A stretch of DNA of 63,924 nt, filler included, from Octopus bimaculoides (taxonomy: Eukaryota), in assembly GCF_001194135.2 (NCBI RefSeq). It is 8 parts of 7 records of this genome, joined end to end, with 100 filler letters (N's around TTAATTAATTAA, not from the genome) between each part and the next. Parts side by side here need not be neighbours in the genome. Positions count along the whole stretch, not along the records: positions 35,420 to 54,406 come from NC_068993.1; positions 54,507 to 59,437 come from NC_068992.1; positions 59,538 to 61,923 come from NC_068988.1; 5 more parts are not named here. One strand, written 5' to 3'. The translations under genes and the position numbers were made by a program. Shown piece by piece: positions 52,439-62,023 of this stretch. Within the stretch, counting starts at the first letter, position 1. Every line of letters begins with the position of its first letter. The notes beneath the pieces were generated by a model. That model saw only the letters and a program-made list of their open reading frames with translations, searched no databases and was not told the DNA's origin.

Positions 52439-53154
52439 GAGATGCATGTGCGTGAGTACATGCGTTTGAGCGCTTGTGTATGTGTGTGCATGTGTGTATG
52501 TGCGCAAGGTGTGTATATGCTCAGATGTGTGTTGATATAACTCGGTTACATCAACCCATTTTAATACAAATGACTACATAAGAAACATATACGTACGTCT
52601 GGTGAAGACTTCTTTGTGGTGCGTATGTGTGTGTATGGGATCATGTGTCTGTGTGGGAATGTTTCTATCTGCTTGTGTATACGTACGGAAATGTTGAACA
52701 TAGGAAGGATAGAGGCGGATAGACATAGAAACGAGGTTTGGGGACAGACGAAACCCTTCTGCTACACGTAGAGATGACTATGTGTGCGACTGCTTACATG
52801 GAACTGTAACTGTACGTATGTGTCTATGCGTAAAGGAATTTTTTTCTTTTGAGCGACGTAAACTAAAATCTGCTAGATATCTTCAGGAACACGCGTGTTT
52901 ATGAATGTGTATGTGTTTATAACTATGCTTGTTTGCGTGCTTGCTCGAATGTGTGTGTGTGTGAACGTGTGTGCGCGCGCGTATCTATGTGTATGTATGC
53001 GTATGTGCATATTTATGTACGCATGTGTATGTATATTGCAAGCAAAACGTGTAAATGTAGTAAAGAACGAGATAAATAGCTACAGTTGATGGGGTTTCGG
53101 TTAAATGCAACGTACGAGGAGGGAAGTGATGCAGATGGGCTATAGAATATGTCT

Positions 53155-53532
53155 GTAAGGTGGATATAGAATGTACGTATGAGTGTATGTATGTGTATCT
53201 GTGTGCATGATGAGTACACAGAAATACAGAGTGTGGGAGAGCGGGCACAGGGTGTGTGTCTATATATGCATACAGGGCCGGCCTAAAGGTTGCTGGCGTC
53301 CCGGGCAAACTGGACGTCGAGGTGTACAAGCTGACGATCGTGGAGGTTTTCTTGTCTTTGTCACACCCTCCTTGGCGTCCTCTAGCACAAGGCGCCCCGG
53401 GCAATTGTCCGAGTTGCCGGTACCTTGAGCCGGCCCTGTATACTTATACAGACACACTCTGTGCCCACTCTCTCACACTCTGTATTTCTGTATACCCATC
53501 ATGCACATACATACATTCTATATCCACTTTAC
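53155..53532. repeat. Fold-back element (arms about 90-110 bp) with a hAT MITE at its apex
   Basis: 53155-53265 is approximately the reverse complement of 53445-53532. Confidence 0.8.
53273..53438. mobile_element. hAT-type MITE
   Basis: Perfect TIR CAGGGCCGGC / GCCGGCCCTG, GC-rich body. Confidence 0.8.
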
Positions 53533-53539
53533 ACACACT

Positions 53540-53597
<58 letters not shown>

Positions 53598-54366
53598 CAC
53601 ACAAACTAACAGATCATCCTGGTGAAAACACCTCATGGCATCTGTGTGTATGTGTGAATGGGTGAGGTTAGTATAAAGTGTTTATGCATGAGGTAGAAAT
53701 AAAATATCTATGTGTGAGTGAAGTGGATGTTAAGCTTACATCGTGTGTATGCAAGAGTTGAAATGCTGATATTTAACCCTAGGAAAGATCTAATCAAGTA
53801 GACCGATGATCGTATCGATTCCAGCCAAAACCATCCATCTTGTCTTTATCCAGATACATTATTAACTAAAACCAATTTTATCCAGAAGGTTCTTCTTTTT
53901 CTTTAAACGATAGGGTTTTCATTTCATGATAGACTTGACGATTATTTTTAGCAGATCGAGTGATGACTTAGAGGCGTCATCGTGATTTGAATGCGTATGA
54001 TGTATGCATTCCGTGGTCGTTTAATGTATGTATGTAAATGTAGTGTGTAATGCACGAATGTAATAGTGTGTGTGAGTGTGTGTGTGGAGGGACAATTGGT
54101 GTATGCGTGTATTGCGAGGAATTGTGTATGTATGCGTGTTGATGCGTATTATATATATACAGGGTAGGCCAAAAGTCACGCACTAAGGTCTAAAACTCGT
54201 TTAACACATACTACATTTCAAAAATCAATACTTGAAATTTAATTGCAAAGCAAAATAATAACGATGTATACATACGCACTTGTATATGATGAACAAAATG
54301 AATAATGATGATGATGATGTGATAATAATAATAATAATGATGATGATGATGACGATGATAATAACG

Positions 54367-54406
<40 letters not shown>

Positions 54407-55263
54407 NNNNNNNNNNNNNNNNNNNNNNNNNNNNNNNNNNNNNNNNNNNNTTAATTAATTAANNNNNNNNNNNNNNNNNNNNNNNNNNNNNNNNNNNNNN
54501 NNNNNNGTATGTATGTATGTATGTATGAATAATAACAGTAAATGGAGCAAAACGCATATAAATAAAAGTTCCCATTGCTGCAAAGATATTTCGGTCGAGT
54601 GTGGGAATTGGGGTGCGCGCGCTAGTTTTATAGACCTGGCGATGCAAGGGGTCAATCGAAAGAGGGAGGAGAAGAGAGAGTGGGATCGAGAGAGACAGAG
54701 TAAAGCAGATATCGAAAGAGACAAAGTAAACAGATATCGAAAGAGACAGAGTAAAGCAGAGGGGGTTAGGCCAGAGCACGAGGGAGATAGAGAGATATTT
54801 TTGGGGATTTCTGTCGCATAGACACAGTAAATATTGAGTAGTATAAATAGAATTGAGAAATAAGTGTTTTCGGCCAGCTAAGTCTAAGACAGAATTATAG
54901 AGATAGGTGACTATGTGAGGAGATTAAAACTGAATAACTTGAATAAATGAGTGAGTTTGACGACATCGTTAAGGACAACTGAAAATGAATTTGAGCACTA
55001 AATAAGATATTACGATAGATAAGATATATGCGTTTTGCTCCATTTATTGTTATTATTCATATCTACTCAAAATGCATCGCTTTTACTTGGTATCTCTATC
55101 TATAAAACGGGTGTGATATCCTGTTTTTTTTGTGTAATTTTTGCTACCCATGGTAAGTATTAACATATTTACATTCTCAAGGTTTTTTTTAAAACTGAGA
55201 TAATATTAATATATACATAAACTAATATATATATATAGTGAGAGAGAGAGAGAGATTTTGGAT

Positions 55264-55445
55264 GGTAGACGGAAACTGAGAATAGCCTGTCGTGTATATA
55301 TACAACAGGCTTCTTTCAGTTTCCGTCTACCGAATCCACTCACTAGGCTTTGGTCAGCCTGTAGCTTTAGAAGAAGACAGCTGCCTAAGGTTCCATACAG
55401 TGGGACTGAATCCAGAACAATGGGCTTGGGAACCATAGAAAAACC
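55264..55445. mobile_element. Two SINE family A tails, tail-to-tail
   Basis: 29-bp arms (25/29 match) around GTATATATAC. The minus copy extends to about 55445. Confidence 0.8.
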
Positions 55446-55596
55446 GGCAGGTTACTAAAAGCAGCTCCTTCACTCTCATAGTATATATTTGTGATTCTAT
55501 TTCATAGGTGAGGCTAAATTCAAGAAATAACTAAATGCTAAGACAAAAGCTGCTTGGTAGGAATATTTTCGTATATTATTAACTAGGAATACTGCA

Positions 55597-55775
55597 GTTC
55601 TATATTTAAAAGATGTACGTTATTTACATTATTTACATTTGACGGATATTTGTCCTCATCTTGTTAATTGTTAACACAACATTTCGGCTGATATGCCCTC
55701 CAGCCTCATCAGGTGTCTTGGAGAAATTTCGAACCTTGGTTCTCATTCCTAAGGCATTTTTCGATGTTGTTGTTG

Positions 55776-55841
<66 letters not shown>

Positions 55842-55891
55842 TCACTACCTGGAATCGAACTCGGAACCTTAACCATTACGCCATATGCCCG
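55597..55891 (-). mobile_element. HHR-containing tRNA-derived SINE (left arm of head-to-head dimer)
   Basis: Reverse complement CGGGCATATGGCGTAATGGTTAAG-[deletion]-GTTCCGAGTTCGATTCCAGGTAGTGACCTG-(AAT)n(AAC)n-...HHR...tail. Confidence 0.85.
55673..55717 (-). ncRNA. Minimal type I hammerhead ribozyme
   Basis: Reverse complement GACAC-CTGATGA-GGCTG(GAGGGCATAT)CAGCC-GAA-ATGT-T-GTGTT: canonical core with a GUU triplet. Confidence 0.75.
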
Positions 55892-55983
55892 CGGACATAT
55901 GGTGTAATGGTTAAGAGCGCGGGCTACGAACTCCAAGATTCCGAGTTCGGTTCCAGGTAGTGACCTGAATAATAATAATAGTG

Positions 55984-56041
<58 letters not shown>

Positions 56042-56043
<2 letters not shown>

Positions 56044-56215
56044 TTTAGGGGCTGCAATAAGGGCGGAGCACTTGCAGAAAACAGCACTGCTTGGAACCGC
56101 TCCAATACTCCGGAAGGTGCTCGAAAAATAAGAGGTGTTACCTTAGTTCTCTGGTTGTGAACAACTGACACTGTAATACATCTCCAGCGTTAGAAGCTGT
56201 GCAAAGGCAATGATA
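56042..56215 (+). mobile_element. R4/Dong-clade LINE 3' end within the SINE (TAA)n linker
   Basis: HLGAAIRAEHLQKTALLGTAPILRKVLEK* (stop at 56129-56131) plus a 3' UTR ending ...GCAAAGGCAATGATAA. Confidence 0.8.
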
Positions 56216-56265
56216 ACATCGGAAATTACCTTCGGAATGAGAACCTAGGTTCGAAATTTCCCCAA

Positions 56266-56311
56266 GACACCTGCTGAAGGCTGGAGAGTATATCAGCCGA
56301 AACGTTGTGTT
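56266..56311 (+). ncRNA. Minimal hammerhead motif with core mutation (CUGCUGA), probably inactive
   Basis: GACAC-CTGCTGA-A-GGCTG(GAGAGTATAT)CAGCC-GAAACGTT-GTGTT. Confidence 0.7.
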
Positions 56312-56384
56312 AACAACAAGCAAGATGAGGACACATATCCATCAAATGTAAATGATATAAGGAATACTGCATTCTGCAGTTTAA

Positions 56385-56602
56385 GAATCTTTTCTACTAT
56401 AGGCACAAGGCCTGGGTTTTGTGGGGAGGGGGACAGTCGATTACATCGACCCCAGTACTCAATTAGTACTTGATTTATCGACCCCGAAATGATGAAAGGC
56501 AAAGTCAACCTCGGCTGAATTTGAACTCAGAAAGTAGCGATGGACGAAATAGCGCTAAGCATTTCGCCTGGAATGCTAACGTTTCTGCCAGCTCGCTGCC
56601 TT
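56385..56602 (-). mobile_element. SINE family B
   Basis: Reverse complement of the 30922 family. Confidence 0.8.
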
Positions 56603-56660
56603 ATCGCCGCCTTAATAATGTTATGAATATGGAAGACTAAGTAATTAATGATATAGAAGA

Positions 56661-56666
<6 letters not shown>

Positions 56667-56744
<78 letters not shown>

Positions 56745-56760
56745 TAGAAAGAGAGAGGGA
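56667..56760. repeat. (GA)n microsatellite
   Basis: Direct reading. Confidence 0.95.
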
Positions 56761-58342
56761 GAGACAGAGACAAGGAGTGGCAAAGAAGAAAATTCGATAC
56801 TGTCAGTAATGTAACACTAAACAACCTAAATGTATATATAATAGGTTTACACACACTCACACACACATACAATAGCTCGTGTGCCTGTGTGTGTGTGCGC
56901 GGGTATTTGTATGTGTGTGCGGGTGTGTGTATTGTGTGCATGTGTGTGTATGTGTGTATATGTCTGTGTATTTATGTGTGTGTCTGTGTAAGTGTCTGTA
57001 TGTACGTATGCATGCATGTATGTATGTAGGTATGCATGTATGTATGTATGTATGTATGTATGCATGCATGTATGTATGTATGTATGTATGTATGTATGTA
57101 TGTATGTATGTATGTATGTAGTAATTTGCATTTATCAAGAACGGAAAATAAAAGGGAAGATAAGTCGTAAACAGAAATAATACTGCACAGTCACAAAAAT
57201 AGTAGCGTAACAACAGACCACGACATATTTAAGTCTCATGAACGCTGTGAAATTCTTCACCATTTTTTAAATGGTGTTTATGAATGAAGAGGAAAATGAA
57301 GAGAAAAATCCTTTACAAAAAATATCTTACACAAAAGTTAACATGAAATAATTTTGAAAGCTATCTTAAAATCATATGGTAAATAATTATCGTTAATACT
57401 TCAATAATGGTCAGTATTTCTTGGAGTGTGAATAACGTAAATATATTCACATCACTAGCTCTAGTGAGTTGAGACGAAACCAAACTAGCGTTAGATTGGC
57501 AAATATCCATGAATATTTCATGAAAATGATCTTTAATGATAGCAAACAACAGAGAATATTTTGAGTTTTTTTTAAATTTAACTTGTTAACATTCAACGCA
57601 ATATACTGGGATGAAGAGAAAAATAATAACAATTATGAAAAGAAAGAAAGAAAGAATACCAACAGGTATATTTTACAAAGACCCGTGCAATTTAAATCAA
57701 TTGATTTCGGTTGATGGTGAAGGTTCTGTTGCCTAAGCACAAGAATCGCTTTGTAGACATGATTTTCAACAAGTGAATTTTAGATTTGGATATAATCCAG
57801 TCAGTAACAAAATGTGGAAGCGGCATGTAACGAAGGACTATGTTTCCTTGTCCGAGTGTATCGACGCAGGGGGGAAGAGGAGAAACGTGATATAGCTCAG
57901 CCTCACGAAGAGAAGGTGGTTTTCTATATGCTCTCAAACGATGTACACAAGGGAGCCCAGGCCTATTTTGTGAAAGAATGTTGTTTCTGTCGACCGAAAT
58001 AAAGTATATGGTCGTATCAGCCCCTGGTCCTAAGACCGGGTGTGAAGAAAAATTCTAAATAGCGCTATTGCGATAAAAATCCACCCCCGCTCCATAAGAT
58101 TGAAATACAAAGCAAATATTAAGAGGATTGGAAGAACATTGGTCTGTGAATCGTTGCCACTGGTGTAGTGCAAATTGGGGGGGGGGGTAAGTGATCGGGG
58201 TCTGTGAGCGTGGATTTGTAGAGATCTATGAACTTTCAACATAAGTACATGGCCATTTCGATACTTTTCTCTAGTGTGTACGCAAAAAGCAACAGGCACG
58301 AGAGAGGTTTCTGTTCCAAGAAGCTGGAAATATAGAAGACAG

Positions 58343-58373
<31 letters not shown>

Positions 58374-58469
58374 TGTATGTATGCATGCATGTGTGCATGT
58401 ATGTATGTATGTATGTATGTATGTATAAATGTTATATATATGTATTGATATAAAATATAGAATTTAATA

Positions 58470-58632
58470 CTCAAGGCACAAGGCCCGAGATTTTTGGGGA
58501 GGGGGCCCAGTCGTTTAGTTCGACTCCAGTACGCTATTGGTACTTGATTTATCGATCTCCAAAGGACGAATGGCAAAGTTGTCCTCGGCGGAATTTGAAC
58601 TCAGAACGTAAAGACAGAAGAAATACTGCTAA
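58470..58632 (-). mobile_element. SINE family B
   Basis: Reverse complement of the 30922 family. Confidence 0.7.
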
Positions 58633-58634
58633 GC

Positions 58635-58885
58635 TGTGGAAAGGTGTGCCTCTCAGTTGGAGGATTGAAAAGGCATGTGAAAAGAGTTCATGCTGTGGCA
58701 CCTGTTCCTTCTACCAGCCAGTACGGCTGTGCATTTTGTAACAGGATGTGCAAAACTTTGGCCAGGCTCAAGAGTCGTACATCAAGGACTCTTCATTTCA
58801 ACGATTCTTTCTGGCATTGGTTTAGCGTCTATACGAGAAAGCAGCTGCCAAGCATGTATGTATGTATGTATGTATGTATGTATGT
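58635..58885 (+). mobile_element. Probable RTE LINE 3' end with C2H2-like fingers and (ATGT)n tail
   Basis: KVCLSVGGLKRHVKRVH...CAFCNRMCKTLARLKSR, followed by a short UTR and (ATGT)n. Confidence 0.55.
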
Positions 58886-58900
58886 TTGTATGTATTATAA

Positions 58901-58978
<78 letters not shown>

Positions 58979-59559
58979 GAATGTATGTATGTATATGCAT
59001 GAATGTATGTGTAATATATTCATCTAAAAGGAGTTTCTGGTTATTACATCAGATTGCAAATATTAGAAGACAGCCGCAGACATTGCTGCAGTTCTATCGT
59101 TTTGAAAGATCCTATAAAGTAAAGCTAACGAATTGATATTTCCATCCCAATGTATAAAAATATCTCGGCCAGAGCACTGGAGACAGCGTGAATGTAAAAT
59201 AACTAAATGTAGTCGACATATTTATAATGTTGTGTTTAGAAAGAAAATCAAATCTAATTATAGCAATACATAGAGAACGGTTAATTAAACAGAGAAATAT
59301 ATGATGCACAAAGATTTGTAATTAGAATATAAAATTCAAACATGAAGTGATGAGAAGCTGAGAGGTACAGATTGCATTCTGAGGAAACGAAGACCACATA
59401 CGCTTAGGAATAAAAGACTATATATATATATATATATNNNNNNNNNNNNNNNNNNNNNNNNNNNNNNNNNNNNNNNNNNNNTTAATTAATTAANNNNNNN
59501 NNNNNNNNNNNNNNNNNNNNNNNNNNNNNNNNNNNNNTGAAATCGTGTGTTGAAACAGA

Positions 59560-60480
59560 TAATATTGTATTTGGGGCGGGTCATGTTGTCAGTTTAGCCA
59601 ATAAAAACACACGCACTATATATTTGGTGTTAATTTGCTTCAGCTTTATTTTCCATTAATCGTATTTCGGCCAGAGTTCTTTCGTCACACGTCTGTGACC
59701 TCATTAGTGGTCCTTTGCTTTCTTCTTTGTTATTTGTGTCTTTCCTTACGATCAGCCATTTTGTATTTTGTATTCCTATTGTATGTGTTTTTATTTGCGC
59801 GTGCGTATCCCCCTATGTGTGTGGATGTTTAGTAAGTGCATGTGTGTGTATGGGGAGTGCCTGTATTATCTGTATCCCCTGTTCATACACGTTCGCTTAA
59901 TTTGTTTTCATTTATTTGTTCATGTGTTTATACCTACTTATTATTGTTTCTATTCTTTCTTTGTTTGCTTGTATTTAATTTAATTTAATTTTGTTAACGC
60001 GTATAGTTATTTAATTCCATTTGTTTATCTATGTATTGTATTATATTTTATTCAAATTGCTATCAGTTTATGGGGATTTTATTCTCCTATATGTTGTGGT
60101 GTGTTGGGTGTGTGCGCTAGTGTTCAATTCCAGTTTCCTATTCAGGCTATGTTTATCTTCTATTACGTTTGTAGCTTCTGTAATTTGTCTCAGCGTTGCG
60201 TCTGTTCTACGCGTGGACAAGATTTTAACTTCTATGTTGTTGAGTGAGCGCCCGTGTTCCTGCTCGGCGTGCTGGTACAGAACTGATGAGCTCTCTCTTC
60301 CTTAAGTTCCCTCCAATGTCCATTTACCCGCTCTCCTATGCTCCGTGCCGTTTCCCGTACGTACGTCGTTGTCTTGTTACTGCATCGTCCCTCTGTACAT
60401 CGTATACTATAGACTACATTTCTGGCATTACAGTTTGTTTAATAACTGAAATAATAGAAACCGTTAAGGAATAGGGACGT
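59560..60480 (-). mobile_element. Penelope-like element 3' part (GIY-YIG, Naiad-like) with downstream HHR-like motif
   Basis: NCNARNVVYSIRCTEGRC...YVRETARSIGERVNGH...[frameshift]SVLYQHAEQEH...DATLRQITEA...LNRKLE. Confidence 0.8.
59669..59713 (-). ncRNA. Hammerhead-like motif with core mutation (CUAAUGA)
   Basis: Reverse complement GGACCA-CTAATGA-G-GTCACA(GACG)TGTGAC-GAAAGAACTC-TGGCC. Confidence 0.55.
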
Positions 60481-61666
60481 GAAATTTGAGTTGGTAACTT
60501 ATGAGCTCTCTGGTGTAATCCAGATCTGGCCTACCAAATCGGATGGGCGGAAACATTCAGAATTGTTGACGATAAACAATGAAACTGTACTTCATTTGAT
60601 TGGTAACTCTTGAGTTTGCTTCATTGGATTCTATAAACTCTACATAGTATATAATCAAGATATCATTAACAAGAATGGAAAATTATATGTCTTTAAAGTT
60701 TATTAAATCAAATTTCAATCTAACACGAGTTTCTGATCGATAATTGTTCTAATGTCCCTTAATGTAGTAGTTAAGTGTATTTAGTTGATTTAAATTAAAT
60801 TGGAGTACTGATCCAAAGGTTGCCATTCCTATGCAGATTTGTTCAAGGTGTTACCCAAGTGTGTGGATGAAGTGAACAAATAATACATTCTTAAAGTAAA
60901 TTCTATGTGAGAGAACATAAAATATCAAGGTAGAGGACAATTGATATGACTGTGGTTCTGCTGTCACTTAAACGTAGAATGACCCATATTAGATATTACA
61001 GGAATGTTATATTTAGCAGTAGACAGAACTTAATTAGGTCCTGATGCATTCACACCTTTGACCGTTAACAATGAAGATAATATAATAGAATAAATGTTAA
61101 ATGGATGGATTGAAAATGGATTGAAAGTGGTATTAAATATTGTTGCATTTGGGTAATTTGACTAGCCCAGACTTTAGCGCTCAGCCACAAATATAACTAG
61201 CTAATGTTTCGTTGCATTATAAGCTTTACACACACACACATACACACACACACACACACACACGCGCACACACATACACATACACACGCACCCTCCTTCA
61301 CACACACGCATATTAATGTGTATATCTATACTTGTGAGTAGTGGTGTCTATGCCTGTGTACTTATACGTATCTGCATATATATATNNNNNNNNNNNNNNN
61401 NNNNNNNNNNNNNNNNNNNNNNNNNNNNNNNNNNNNNNNNNNNNNNNNNNNNNNNNNNNNNNNNNNNNNNNNNNNNNNNNNNNNNNNNNNNNNNNNNNNN
61501 NNNNNNNNNNNNNNNNNNNNNNNNNNNNNNNNNNNNNNNNNNNNNNNNNNNNNNNNNNNNNNNNNNNNNNNNNNNNNNNNNNNNNNNNNNNNNNNNNNNN
61601 NNNNNNNNNNNNNNTATATATATATAGACGCACATATATATACATATGCACACAGAATTTCTATGT

Positions 61667-61711
<45 letters not shown>

Positions 61712-61850
61712 TATATATACATATATATTTATATACACACATACACACATAGTATGTGAACACACACATACACACACGAACACGCAGCAGGAGTGTCTAT
61801 CAGTAGTAGCAGTTGGGACAAGAGTTGTTATTATTAGTAATTCTTTTCTA

Positions 61851-61923
61851 TTCTAGGCACAAGGCCCGAAATTTTGCTGGAGGGGGCTAGTCGATTAGAT
61901 CGACCCCAGAAGGCAATTGGTAC
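61851..61923 (-). mobile_element. SINE family B 3' end, cut by a gap
   Basis: TAGGCACAAGGCCCGAAATTTTG...GTCGATTAGATCGACCCCAG. Confidence 0.65.
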
Positions 61924-62023
61924 NNNNNNNNNNNNNNNNNNNNNNNNNNNNNNNNNNNNNNNNNNNNTTAATTAATTAANNNNNNNNNNNNNNNNNNNNN
62001 NNNNNNNNNNNNNNNNNNNNNNN

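Larger units (their letters stand above)
55892..56359 (+). mobile_element. HHR-containing tRNA-Arg-like SINE (right arm), with an R4/Dong insert in its linker
   Basis: A box TGGTGTAATGG, CTACGAA anticodon-like loop (ACG), B box GAGTTCGGTTCC, (TAA)n, HHR at 56266-56311. Confidence 0.85.
2000..62023. other. Assembly artefact: seven gaps of about 100 bp (N-run, TTAATTAATTAA, N-run) with markers at 2044, 23200, 28925, 35364, 54451, 59482 and 61968; many other N-gaps also occur in the window
   Basis: The identical 12-mer sits in the middle of each N-run (44 N each side at 2000-2099) and gives stop codons in all six frames, as a scaffolding spacer would. Confidence 0.95.

Noticed and set aside
55892-55965. 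Genuine tRNA-Arg gene
   Set aside because: The acceptor stem is poor and it runs into SINE body sequence shared with other copies.
60283-60320. CTGATGAG as a hammerhead core (also minus strand near 36840 and 45258)
   Set aside because: No stem II followed by GAAA.
2044-61979. Recurrent TTAATTAATTAA motif as a biological element
   Set aside because: It is always centred in a gap of about 100 bp, so it is a scaffolding spacer.
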